Shown piece by piece: positions 22,601 through 35,300 of a stretch of DNA of 64,000 nt. This DNA is from Balanoglossus misakiensis. Lineage: Eukaryota; Animalia; Hemichordata. Each line of letters starts with the position of its first letter. Position 1 is the first letter of the stretch. Made by a program: the position numbers and the translations under genes. A model generated the notes under the pieces. That model was not told the origin of the DNA and did no database searches. It was given only the letters and a program-made list of their open reading frames with translations. The DNA is taken from NCBI GenBank assembly GCA_040954595.2, contig CM082596.2:3775025-3839024 (forward strand). The letters are read 5' to 3'.

Positions 22601-25600
22601 CCTTTTGTAGATTTCCAAAATAACCGTAGTAAAACAATTAATTTTGACCAAACCAACGTGGTGAAAGGGTAAATCGAAGAAGGGTAAAAATGACTGGTGT
22701 TGAGACTTGAATTATGTCACAAGAATGTCTTAAGTGTTTACATGTAGTCCTTCAACCTCAGCAGTAGTTTTTCACTCATTATATTTTATGTTTTACAGCG
22801 CTGCATGCTGCTGCCCTCTCTGGCCATGCCAAGTCATGTGAAATTCTGATGGAGGTAAGCGTTCTGTGGAACATAATAGATCTACCCTTATAAAGGGCAG
22901 CGCTGTAACACATCTGCCCTCAAGGCAGCTCAAGCAGGATCTTTGAAATGTGAATATTAAATATAGATCTGCAGACAACATCAGTCCATGATCGAGCTGC
23001 TATAATAACACAGATTTTATCCTCTGTTTGCAGCACGATGCACAAGTCAATGCAGAAGACATGATGAAGCATACGCCATTGTTCAGAGCCTGTGAAATGG
23101 GGCATCTGGAAGTTGTGAAAACTCTTATGAAAGGTACAAGATGACACTGACTAGATTGATTCATGAATGCACATGCTTCCGTTGCTTTGCTTCGATACAG
23201 ATTACCAATAGATGACTCTCCAGTATCATTACTAACTTATAAATAACTTCTATCTCTCATGATAGGTATATTATATTAGTACAATATATTCTGTAAAGTC
23301 TGTTCCCTCTCTTCATTACAGGAGGTGCCAAAGTGAACATAGTTGACCAAGATGGTCGATCGCCTCTTCATTGGTGAGTAAAATCAATGAACATACATCT
23401 AAGTGCATTCTGTCTGAAGTAAACCTCTCTATTCTGAATAAGCGCATCAGTCATTACAGGTACTCAGTACACAAAATAAATCACACAACCAGTCAAATCG
23501 CGCGTACAGCCAATCTTAGTGTAAAGGGCAAAAACAGCTCATGATATTCTTCAATCCATGTGTGGTCATCGCTTGAGTTGGAGTAAGAATATAATGGATT
23601 TTTCACATAAAAATAGAGACTTTGCCCCTTTAATCGCTGCTTACAAGCATAATGAAAGTGCCACGTTCTTGTGTTGATTTTCAGGGCTGCACTTGGGGGC
23701 CACGCTGTGATCTGTGAAACTCTGATGAAGAACGGTATCAGTGTGGATGTGCGCGATCATGTGGGCAGAACGCCTCTGCAATGTGCAGCATACGGCGGCT
23801 ACATCAACTGCATGTCCCTCCTGATGGAGAATGGAGCTGATCCAAACATACAGGACCATGAGGTGAACACAGTTTATGATGTTGATGCAAAAAAAATATA
23901 TATCAGATCTTAATGTGTTTCCAAATAAATGAGTGAACAAAGGCAAAAAACCCTCACATTTCATGAAATGTGAGTAATCCTCTCAAGTGTACTGTTGATA
24001 TGTAAGTTTAGACCCAGTTGCCATGGAAAGTAGGGATTCAACCAGTTAGAGGTTTGTAATCAGATGGCCATGCTGAAAGGTCGACAGATTAAGACTTACC
24101 CTATTTGGGCAGATACATGTATATTTAAATCAGAGAGGGTGGTCTTCACTGTGCAAACAGGAAAAGGTAGTGGTTTTGTCAAGTACAGAAGTCAAATAGA
24201 CCCTCGAATAGTCAGTGACAGCAATAAAAATAAATATGCTTGGGTTAGCGAATTTTATAAGAATTCACATATTTTGTTAAGCGGGTAATGCCCACTTGAA
24301 TTCCAGGTTTTAAACATTTTCATTGAATTGTTAATGAACAGATTTCACATATAGATTAAAAGAGAAATTTCAGGCTGTTGTCCTGTGCAAAAGTTGAGTG
24401 CAGTTTTTTTTTAATCTAACCAAACTTGTCTGAAATAATTCTTGCAGGGAATGACAGCACTGCACTGGGCCTGCAGCTCAGGTTGTTTGGATGCCATCAA
24501 GTTGTTGTTTGAATACAAGGCCTTTCCCAACCACATGGAATTCAATGAAGACAGATTTACACCGCTCGACTACGCCTTACTCAATAATCACGACGTCGCC
24601 CAGTATATGATAGAACAGGGTGCATTGTCCATCACAGGAATAAGAGATATTGCTGCTTCAAAAATACAGGTAAGATCTGTAGAACTGTGGATATTAATTA
24701 ATAAAAACAACTTTCCTCCTTATCTGATTGCAAGGATTTGTAAATTGTGAAACCGGTTCACTTAAAAATAATAAATGGTTTATTAATCAGCTCATTGCAA
24801 TCAGCTTTTTGCTGCCACACACATTTGCAAAAAGTCAATCCTTTTTGTGCATTTTCTAATGAAACTACCTATACCCATGACAACCATTCTTGGTGAGTGA
24901 AATACTTCAGTGTGATCCAGGGGGGGTATAAAGAATAACTACATATAACGGATAAACACAGGATGAGATTCCTGCAGAAGCAAGAAAATACGGACAGCAA
25001 CCCCACAGCACTGCAGACCAACCAAATTCTCATGATTTAAAGGTCACAGTGCATCACAAGAGGACAGACTAAAATAGAAACTCAACATAGGCTTTTATTT
25101 CGAGGAATTAAATCCTGCTCACCACACAGGAAGAAGTGGAATACATGATTGTATAAATATTTAATCCTCTGTTTACTTTTAAACTTAGAATGTGTTAATA
25201 ATTCAAAAATTGGAAATGTTTTGTGATGTGTAGGCCCACTACAGAGGATTCAAGGTTCGCAGGACATTCCTGGAGAGGAAGAAACTACTGATGAAACACG
25301 AGCAGCTGAGAAAAGATGCAGCAAAGTGAGTTTTGTGATTCCAAAAACTTTCAACCCTGTGTTCCTCTGTAAGGGTCCAATACTAGTATCACTATACCAA
25401 ACAAAGGATTTGGACCAAACCATTTCGATTTTCTTGATGATGACCTTGCAGGAAAAAAGAGGAATCAAAGAAAAGACAGCAAGAGTTCAGAAGACGGGAG
25501 GAGATTCGACGGCAGAGGGAAAGAGCGAGGCAAAGTTTGGAAAGTCAGAATTCATCAGAGTCGGAGCAAGAAGTGGCGGATTACAGTCTACCGAGAGACA

Positions 25601-28600
25601 ATGTGCCTAGTGATAGCGAGGGCTCTGCTTCACTTCACAGTGATGGGTACTCGGATAGTTTCGAAAGGTATGTGTATTCACAGAAAACTTCAACCGTTTC
25701 ACCCCCAGTTCCCTCTTTAGAGGTCCAACATAACCATAGAAAACAGTGAGTTTGGACTGAACCATGGTGGTGAAAGGGTCAGGAGTCAGTTTTTTGTTAA
25801 ATGGTTATTATGGGTAATATGTATTATTGATAAATCTGAAAGTTATGTCATTTCTTTAAGTTGTTGTGATTTCCATTTCAAAAGGTCTAGATTATTAATT
25901 ATTGTCATTGTATGAATCTTTTCCTTCAGGAGTTCTATCAGATCAGATGTTGATGAGGAGTATGTAGATGATAGTAATCAGAAAACAGACTCGATCAAGC
26001 AAAAGAAAGAATTGGTTGATAGAGAACGGACGAGAATAGCAGCTTGGAGACATAAGAATGAATGTGCCGCAAAGATCCAGAGGGCATGGAAACGGTAAGA
26101 GTGGATGTGTACGAGTTATACTGTCATGCTGCACTGTGCTTCTGTGCCGTTGTTCCCTTGTGTGTGTTTTTTTTGTTATTATTTGTTTCGTACCATTCAG
26201 TATGGAGTTGCCTTGGAATAAGGCTCTGCTATTCTCAGCTGGAGAGTTGCTGAAAGCTGATACACATCTGGAGAGATGGTTCTGCAAAATTATTATTGTG
26301 AGAATGACTCTAGGTCCCCCATTGACTAGGATGTTGTCTTATTTTGCTGTATGTGAAAACGCACATATGGTTGTTGTTTGTACTGATTTTTCCAATGAGA
26401 AATGTGGATAATCTCTGGTCGCCTATCGTCTCCAGTCATAGATCTGTCTGTTGACAATTTTTCTAGTTTCGTAATGCATGCCTTTCTCATAGTGATGGAA
26501 TACTTGCTTGCTCTAGGTCTGATCTAGGTCTTCTAGGTGATGTTCAAATGTTTCTGATCCTTGCACTAACTGTGTTTCATCATGAAAGATGTTGTTTTCA
26601 AAGTACATTGTATAAAATGGACTGAAAATAAACTGTTTGTTCTTAAATTATCACACAGACAGATATATCAAAAACATGAAACATGTTTGTTTTCAAAGTA
26701 TTAAATAGTCTGAAAGAAACCTGTTTTGTTTTAAGGGAATTTGCAGAAGGAAAACAAACAACGAAAATAACACAGCACCAAAGAAAAAACCTCAGAACTG
26801 TTCAGAAACATTTTAGCGCTAAAATTTAACGTTACTCTAGCTTGCATGAAAGTACAGCATTCTTTAGTATCAGGATTATACCCACTGGACATGTCCCACC
26901 TACCATTTTGAGTGGAATTGATAAGTGGTAGGGTGAGAGTGTCCATTTGGTATCAGGTCCAGGGGACAACCCTTCTAGAATCTATCCTTTACATGTAACT
27001 GCACTGAACAATATAACCCTCTCACCCCCATTTTGCTATATGCAGTCTGCCTACTCCATTTGAAAGAATGGGGTTGAACTACTCCATGGTGGTGAGAGGG
27101 TTAGATTTTCACCTACTGTGTTCCAATTTCATGTGGTATTCCACTGAAAGTATGGGTAACTCTACTGTATTTTTAATCATGTCTTTCTTTAAATTAAAAA
27201 CTGAACTTTTCATAATGATTATTATACAACACTTGTAATACATAAACTCCCTGTAATGCATGGTCTGTCCTGTTAGTATATATCTATAGTTGACTCATCT
27301 TTCTACACTACACTGTATCTGTCAGTTACTTGTTTCGGCGGACTGGCATGTCTAAGACCGCAGATGAGGTGGCTAGAAATTATCGACGTTTGAAAGGCGA
27401 GGAGGAGTACAGGCGACAGATCGCCGCATGCGTCATACAGCTGACGTGGAGAAAGTACTACCACAAGAAGCTTCTCAGGTCCCTTGGGAGAAACAAGAAA
27501 ATCCTACACACATGGAGTCCTTCGGTTCTGGCTGCCAAGCAGCGATCTCTCGTGGAACAAATTTACAGTAAGTGAGTGAGTGAGTGAGAGGGTTGAGGGG
27601 GAGGGAGTGAGGGAGAAGGGGAGGGAGTGGAAGAGGAACAACATTCTCATGGGATTTCAAGTAAATCCTGTGTTCCCAGGAATTGTGTAAAGACTTTAGG
27701 CTAATTAGCATGTTATTAGATGTTGTCTTTATTGAAATCTAATCCAATTGTTTCGAGACAATTACAGCAGAGGCTTCCCAGGGATGTGAACACACTCATG
27801 CAAGATATAGAGATCAAGTCATAAAACTTTGGCACGTTGTTTCTCCACAATATTAACCAAATCATCAATTTTGGATTTGTCGGAATTTTGCTGGAAAGTA
27901 GTGCAGTTTTTCCAGTATTTTTGTTAACCTTTTCCCTGACTTTTCCAGGTGAAGTTCTCATTGCCCCGGAGTGGTATCCTGAGCTGCCGAGGGTTGTCAG
28001 ACCAGACTATATGAAATACATTCCTTCGCCAGCTGGTAAGTACCATCTTTGTATTCTGTCTGTTATAATACGCTTTTTTGTTTTTGTTCATAAACAATCC
28101 ATTTTTATAAGCCACTCACTCTGCAGTTTGTTTAGCAGGGCCCTAGGATGTCACGCTAGACTATCGATATTTTAATGCATTTTGATTTCTCTTGTAGCGC
28201 TATCTTATAATTTTGCTGTTGATCAGTATCACCCTATGGTTGCCAGAAGAGGGTCCAGCAGAGCTGAGAGTGTTCCACCAGGAAGTCCGCGTATGAGACC
28301 AGGGGCAATGTCTCGAGACAATTACGGCTGGACACCTGAGACACATCAGTCATATTATGGTAGGTTGGGCTCGTGTCTGTCAATTATTTACATAAGGCAT
28401 GGTTTTCAGGTTGGAACAGAATTGTTTCAGAACATATATGGACATTTACGGGTATTTTAGATTCAATCATTGCAATTTAGGGTTCAATACCCTACTCACT
28501 AATAAATTAATTACATCACAATGAGTGAAGGTTAATGTATTCTGGATGATGAACAGAAACGTTGTATCTTCTTCACTTCAACATGTCCGTACAAGTGTCT

Positions 28601-28930
28601 TGTTTCATGAATTCATTCTAGTGTTTAAAAAGAACATGCCCTCACAATACAGCATGTCCCTACAAATATTCAGACCTCACTTATAAAGTAAGGCTTCATA
28701 TATGTGTTGTAACACTACATGTATGTCAATCAAATTTTGTATCAAACAAAACAAAGCAAAACAAGAACAATGAAAGCCGTACATGTAGATATAATTTTTT
28801 AACATCGGTCATTGATAAATCCTGTTAATTTTTTTATTTCTCGTTACCAGAAGATGACTTCAGACACATGCCACTGGTCGGTGAGCGAGGTTCCAGTGCT
28901 GATCACTTCTCGTACAACTTAAACAGGTGA
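19651..28930 (+). CDS. INVS: Inversin (ankyrin repeats plus IQ motifs), ~20 exons; start codon exon not resolved
   Basis: QIHAAAVNGDK, DQFGRTPLMFAVLADRLECA, DSNIGIPDNEGKTPLHWAA, INWQDYEGRTALH, DNMFRTPLHWAAVLGH, FPNHMEFNEDRFTPLDYALL and KIQ|AHYRGFKVR...KHEQLRKDAA all match vertebrate inversin. The last exon, 28851-28930, ends in TGA. Confidence 0.92.
22582..22670. mobile_element. ~90-bp MITE-like element, AACCCTTTCACC-terminus family
   Basis: TTAACCTTTCCACCCC ... GTGGTGAAAGGGT termini; internal sequence resembles the other copies. Confidence 0.7.
25692..25779. mobile_element. ~90-bp MITE-like element (same family)
   Basis: AACCGTTTCACCCCCAG...AGAGGTCCAAC...ACCATGGTGGTGAAAGGGT, the reverse-complement match of the copy at 60262. 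Confidence 0.78.
27014..27103. mobile_element. ~90-bp MITE-like element (same family) with a perfect 13-bp TIR
   Basis: TAACCCTCTCACC ... GGTGAGAGGGTTA. Confidence 0.78.
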
Positions 28931-30318
28931 TGGCACAACCAATGGGAATGCATGAATGGACAGATACAAACAAGGGGAACGTTTCGTACATTGTCATCGT
29001 AACACTGGCAGGCCAGAATCAGATTTTCATGTGCAGATGTCAATAAAACATGCACTGGTATTGAAATTTCTGTTTATGAGCTTTCTCTGTCTGCTGATGA
29101 TATTTTCAATTTCAGAAAAAAATCTGACTCATAACACTAAGTGCCAATATAATTTATTGTAGATTTTCTTTTTGAACAAAATGTACAATTTGCAATTGGT
29201 ATCATATATGACATAGATTACTTTCCAAATACTGTTTAACAGTACTTCCAAGATGTAATGTTTTTAGGAATTATTTTGTGTGGTGGGATTTTTACCACTT
29301 CTTCCAAGATATGAACACTGTACTTTTTTTACAAAGGTTATCATGAATACTTTTTTGAAATGGAAATTTTGAAACTGGTCAGTATTTGACAGTGTCTGGT
29401 ATGTTGGTTCCAAATCTTACTAACATACACTACAGGCCATCTGTGGAATTTCTGTGTGCCTTTAAATCACAGAAGATGAAAATTCTTCACATGATAAAGC
29501 TATGAGAAATGAATGAAAAATGTCTGGAGGCTTCATCAATTATGTTAACACAATAGTTGTTATGTAACATTTAATAATATACCTTGATTTTTGTCAATAG
29601 CCATTGTGTACTTAATAATTTATTTCTGAGACATTCCATGGCCACGCTATTCTTTTGAAGATTCATTTCTTCATAATCTTGTTTTGAAATCATTACATTC
29701 ACATGTATTTGAATAAATATTTTACTGCTCGAGGGTTTTTATTTCATTTAAGGGTTTTATCAGATAGAGCCTTGCAAGACCATTTGATTTTTTTTTACCA
29801 CTGCAAGACAAATTTCTGTACATTTTGAGTAAAAAGCGGGACTGGGTTTTGCGTGCTGGCCATTAAATTTTTCCATAACAGCACAATTTTCGATTTTATG
29901 ACAGCCAGGCATTCTTCAGTACAGATTTATAATTTCACAGAATGCGTTTTAGACTGGAGCAATCACTAACCTTTGTCTTTCACATCATGTTGTGATTTAC
30001 CACGCAAGTTGGCTGAGTAGTTTTGTTTATGTAATATTCTTTGGAATGCGGCGATGTTAGTGTTCTCCGGTTAAAAATACACGCATTCTGTAAACTTTGG
30101 TCACTTCTGACCTATTTTTTTTCAATCCATTTCAATGGCCTTTACATGAATCTTGTGTGGTCAGCTGCTCAGGAAATTATAGATTGGAAAATTCACTGTT
30201 TTACTTTCTCCTGAACAAGTGTTTGTTTTGGGGGATCTTCAAATGTTGGTCCCAAGTACAGGAAGTAAGTCAGTTTTGTGTCTTGAAGAAAGACCATTGT
30301 TGATACTGTTATGTTCAA

Positions 30319-30449
30319 ACAGCAGCAGGGTTTGGCAAACTCTTGGAAAATCCGGGAATTTGAAACCACTGGAAAGTCCTTGAAGTCCCGGAAAAAATTG
30401 AATAAACTCCCGGAAAGTCCGGAAAACTTTGTTTATCCCTGTCTGCTGT
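30319..30449. mobile_element. Short non-autonomous DNA-transposon-like element with CAGGG/CCCTG ends and internal GGAAAGTCC repeats
   Basis: Imperfect inverted ends ACAGCAGCAGGG ... CCCTGTCTGCTGT, with repeated (G)GAAA(G/A)TCC units inside. Confidence 0.5.
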
Positions 30450-31615
30450 CATACACAGTCAAATTATGCTGATGATTGTGAAGAATTTTGGGAAATACTC
30501 CTGCATGGTAACTCTGCAATTACTGTCAATGGGACTGTTTGCAAACAGTAAAGTTGCAAAGGGCCTATTCAAACACAGTGGCCTGTTAGACTGTAAACAA
30601 AAATCGGTCATATTACATGTAATGTCTTCAGAGACCCTGAACTTTACAGTTTTAAAAATCAAAGTTGAAATAGTGTTTTCAGATTAGCTCTTTAAGAAAA
30701 AACAAATTGAAGTATTTTTAAACTTTGAAAAGGTTACTTTCATAGGGTCAAGTGCACACAGTTGTTAGAATTGTTGCTGGGAATTTCATAGACAGTATCA
30801 TGTTGATGTAATTTTGCTGTGTTGTGGGTACGGGAGATTTTGTGCACCGAAGCTCAAACATTTACAAAACACGCAAAACTCAGGTTAATTATGCAGATAG
30901 GACAAGAAAAATGATTGCTGTTAAAGTTACGCATACGTCTTCGTATTTGAATTCGTATTCGTATTTCGAATTGCCAATAAAGCAAAAGGAATAACAGTCT
31001 TGTATTGTGATATTGTGGCATTGTTTATCTCATGTTGAGTAGTATGTTGCTTGAACAAATTTCACGACTGACTGGATGGGTGTGTCGATGTATGAACCAC
31101 ACGACTTGGAGAATAAATCAATGCGTAACTACAACATGACTCTAGCCGCTAGCATCTGAAAACGCCCTCTCAATGCAAGCCACCAATCTCTAAACATGCT
31201 AAAAAGAAGTCTATGAATAAGATGAATGGAATGTCCGGTCCTGTTTACAATAGGCTCAGTGAAGGGGTTCGTCTGCTTAGAGGGGGAGTGTCGCTTTAAA
31301 ACTCGCCGTCACTTTTTGTAGTTTGTGGGTCGGAGATTTGCATGTTAAAAGCAGAATGCGTACTTCCCGCCGAAGTGCTTTTGTGTGAATACCGTCGGTT
31401 TTCACTTAGTCACCAGTAATCCGCCGGACTGTTGTGATTGTGTATCTCACTATCTGTGTAATGTAACGGGCACACTGTGAGGCTTCCCCGACGAGTATAA
31501 ACCCGTGAGAGATCGATAGCACCTTGATCTTGAAGTCTGTGGAAAACGGCCAGGAATTCTTCGAAATAAGACCAATACTTATTCCACCCTTTAAACTGTG
31601 ACACGGTGTGTGAAT

Positions 31616-32324
31616 ATGCTGAAACACTGTGCGCAGTATAAAAACAATTTGAAGAAGGCGAAATCGCTTCCTTCTTTGGGACAACCCGACGGGGTCGTAA
31701 CCGCGTGGGCAGATGACCACAACTACGTGAGTATATTTGATTTGTTAGTACACACAAGACCAAAGTCATTAAACGAAAGTCCTACGTGAGATAAAACATT
31801 TAAAACCACAGTTTAAGACGAAATACATATGTAGTCAAATATCTATCGTGAAAGTTCTTTAATGAGTTCAGAGTTGTCAGTTTCACATTGAAATGAGACA
31901 ACCGCCGGTGTTTGAAAGCGACAGAAAGAACCCCACTTGTCAGATTCGAGGGCAACAGGTGGTTGATGTTGACTCTTCCAAATAACGACTGTCACTTGTG
32001 TGCAATTTTGCACTGATTTGTGAATTAGCGCTAAATTGGCCTTGACGGGACGCCATTTATTTCTTATCACCACACCACAGGAGGGCTTAAGATATATGCG
32101 CAGGTTAGTTCCGGTTAGTGATTATCACGATAACGTGAGTGATACACTTTGCAGTTCCTCGGTGTTAAGTTCTTCATCGGTAAGGTCGGGTGAGCACCGA
32201 AGAGACATGAAATGAAGTGTGACCAAATTGGCCAAAAATGTGCAAAACAAAAGTCCCCGAGTTCACCAACCACGTACATTGATGTTCGAGACTCCCATCG
32301 AGATGGCCGGTCACCCCCCCCCCC

Positions 32325-32364
<40 letters not shown>

Positions 32365-35300
32365 GTCAAATATTTGCAGTTATCATGCAAACAAACAGTG
32401 CCACTATTTAATCTCCACTGCTATCGCCGTGGTGCTGAGAGACACTGGAAATATAATTTGTTTTCAACTGGTTCTCACAAACATTAACACTGACGTATGA
32501 GCCACTACACTCTTCTGTCAGTCCGAACGTCAACCTGGCCTTAGTGGGTGGGCCTTTTCACCAGTTGGTCAATTCGTGATACTTTGAATCTGATTTTATG
32601 ATATCCGTTCACATAAGTTTTCTCGCTGACACTTTGTCCCAATTAAAAAACTGTCCCGGAAATTCAAAATGAGACCACTCTCCACCAACCTACTAATTGC
32701 ATTTGCAAAACGGACCTGTACTCTGTGGTTTCCCTGAAGAGCGCATGGAAATTTACCCCCCCCCCCCCGCCACACACACACCTTAGTTCTCCCGCAATTA
32801 AATGACCTATAATTGTTAATTATAGGCCTATTAAATTTGTAGAGAATATGCGCTTTTATAGATCATTGGTGTACCGTCATTTAGGCGGGAATCTTCACAA
32901 AACGGGTGGTATAATATACATGTACCTGCAGACAGCCACTGGTCTTTATGAACGGCATGAATGGTTACTGGTCGCAAAGTTGTGGTGTCAAATAAGTATT
33001 ATATACTGCATTAGAAAGAACCGCCGGAAGTTCAATTGTGTGGGGTTCAGTATGCACTCTATAGAGACGCCGCTAAGCTTTTTGTCTACCAATGAAAGCA
33101 TGAATGATTTGGGGGTGAGGGAACCGGCCAATCGCCCGAGTTATACAAACACGCCGCTTTGATAATTGTCAACCTTCGGTGATCTGTCAACATCCGGAGC
33201 CCCAGAAACTACTTTGCAAGAGCTTGATATCATTGTGTGGACCTTGAACAACTAAGGCTAATTTTAGTTGCCCTGGATTAGTTTGTTGCACAACAGACGT
33301 CGCCAAATTGCACAGAAGTCATCGGAAAGTGACTACCATTATCAACGTCAATATGCTTGCTTCCTTCGCTGAAAATAGTAGATACGGATAAACCAATAAA
33401 TCATCTAACTGTACACGCTGGACACAAACACTTTAATCTAGTGGGACGGCGTGTTGCAGCCCTAAACCGATTCTTCAACCGTCACGGTATCTGTGGATAG
33501 TGCAGTAACAAATTGGACTGTCAAAGGTGTGATTGTCCGTGGCCAATAAGCGGACAACATTGCCGATGTGCAGAATTTCAATGAAAAATATATGTCTCTT
33601 CAGAGTTTTCCAAGTGATTTTCCGTTATGAAAACAAAAACTTCATGCAATTCTACAAATGCATACTCAGTTATATTCGACATCACAGATAAGAAATATTC
33701 CACTAATTTGAGTTCTTGGCGAGATAAAACGGGCTGTACATTACAAAAAAGTTCTGGGGGGATCATGCAATATCAAATACCATTTGAAAGGGACGCTCCA
33801 GGACGCCATTATTTCTGTCCAGAACAAAAAGTGATTTTAGTGATTTTTTTTGTAAATTTTGTCGTGTGGTTCTGGGCGGAATTGATAGACTCGACGTTTT
33901 TTGTTCGTTTTCGACAGGGTTCGATCCGAGTGCACGCCAGTATTCTGCGCAAAGAATGGGAATACAAAACATTCGTCATTCACAGAGATACCACAAGGTA
34001 AGTAGCGGAACCTCATTCAGAAATCATCATTTCAACGCTTCAAACAAAAGTTATATTTGAAAAGAAAGTTCAGTAAGGAGTTCTAAGTTTAATATTTTTA
34101 TCGCCTTCTCCACGTTTATGTATAATTTATTCATCTTTACAGTAAAGAACTTGTGACTATGGTACTCCAGAAGTACAGATTAGAGACGAATGATCCTAAT
34201 CTATATTATATCACCATGGAAACTGCAATTCAGAGACGAGGTAATTAGTAGTAATTAAGATCCGTCTACAGGTATATAAAAGAACATCTCAGTCTACATG
34301 TATATGTATGTATGTATAACGTTCTTCTGGACAAAAGATTGTTTCCGGTAATTGTAATGACAATAGACTGCATACATCAGTGGAAAAACAATCAAGACTC
34401 TTGTCCGATGTTAAAACTTCAAGATGCTAATGTTATTGGGATAGAAAGCCCTCTGGCGTTTACTGCCTTATCCCCTGTAATATTGAGTGTCCTCCGTCGC
34501 TTAACTTGGTCCTAAACTGTTTCATGTGTTTGTTCCTCTTGCAGACCCGTCAGTGGCGACTGCCATCGTGTTGGACAATCACACCAAACCGTTGATGCTA
34601 CAGATGTGTCAACCTGCCGAGACCACAAGGTGGGCGTTCTATGTTCTCCCGGTTTGGGATGAGAATGTATCTGTACGGTCTCGTTGAATGAGAATATATC
34701 TTACATTTTCGCATTGAGCGAAAAAGTGTGCGTTCTTATACAATTCTATACAGAGTTTAAAATTGTATATACTCGTTGAATCAGAATTCAGCCTATCTTT
34801 GTTCAACCGCTTCGTTTGGTATTGGCTATTGTTTTCTATTTTTTGATTCAAGAAATATGTTATTGTTCGCTTAACACAGAGAGCTTTCCGTTGATTTTGA
34901 GCTTATTGGTGTGACCATCATACTGGTTGTCATGGTGGCCGAATGTTTCCATGGCGATGCGCATGGTCATTTCCAACTTACGAAATGTTCAGCAGTCGTG
35001 TTTTCGTTTTGTTTCAAGCTGCATTTATTCTGTATCTGGCAGGTTTTCTTTGATGGTAAAAAAGGGCTTTTATATCAAGGTGTATGGTGACGTCATAGAC
35101 CCGGAGGTTAGTGGCTTTGACTACTATATAAGGTACCTTCTGTAAGGTTTGGGAGAGGGGGGGGGGGCTATTTCAAAACTACAAACTGGCAGGGGTTCGT
35201 TATTTCGTGACTACGGTGCCCGCCTGTGGGTCTCAGGGAAACCTTACCCCCTTTCCGGGGCTGCAATAACATGATACTTGAAAAACACCGGACTCTCTGT

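Noticed and set aside
26735-26830. Possible alternative terminal exon of INVS (REFAEGKQ...AKI*)
   Set aside because: Phase-compatible, but the acceptor is weak and there is no homology or other support.
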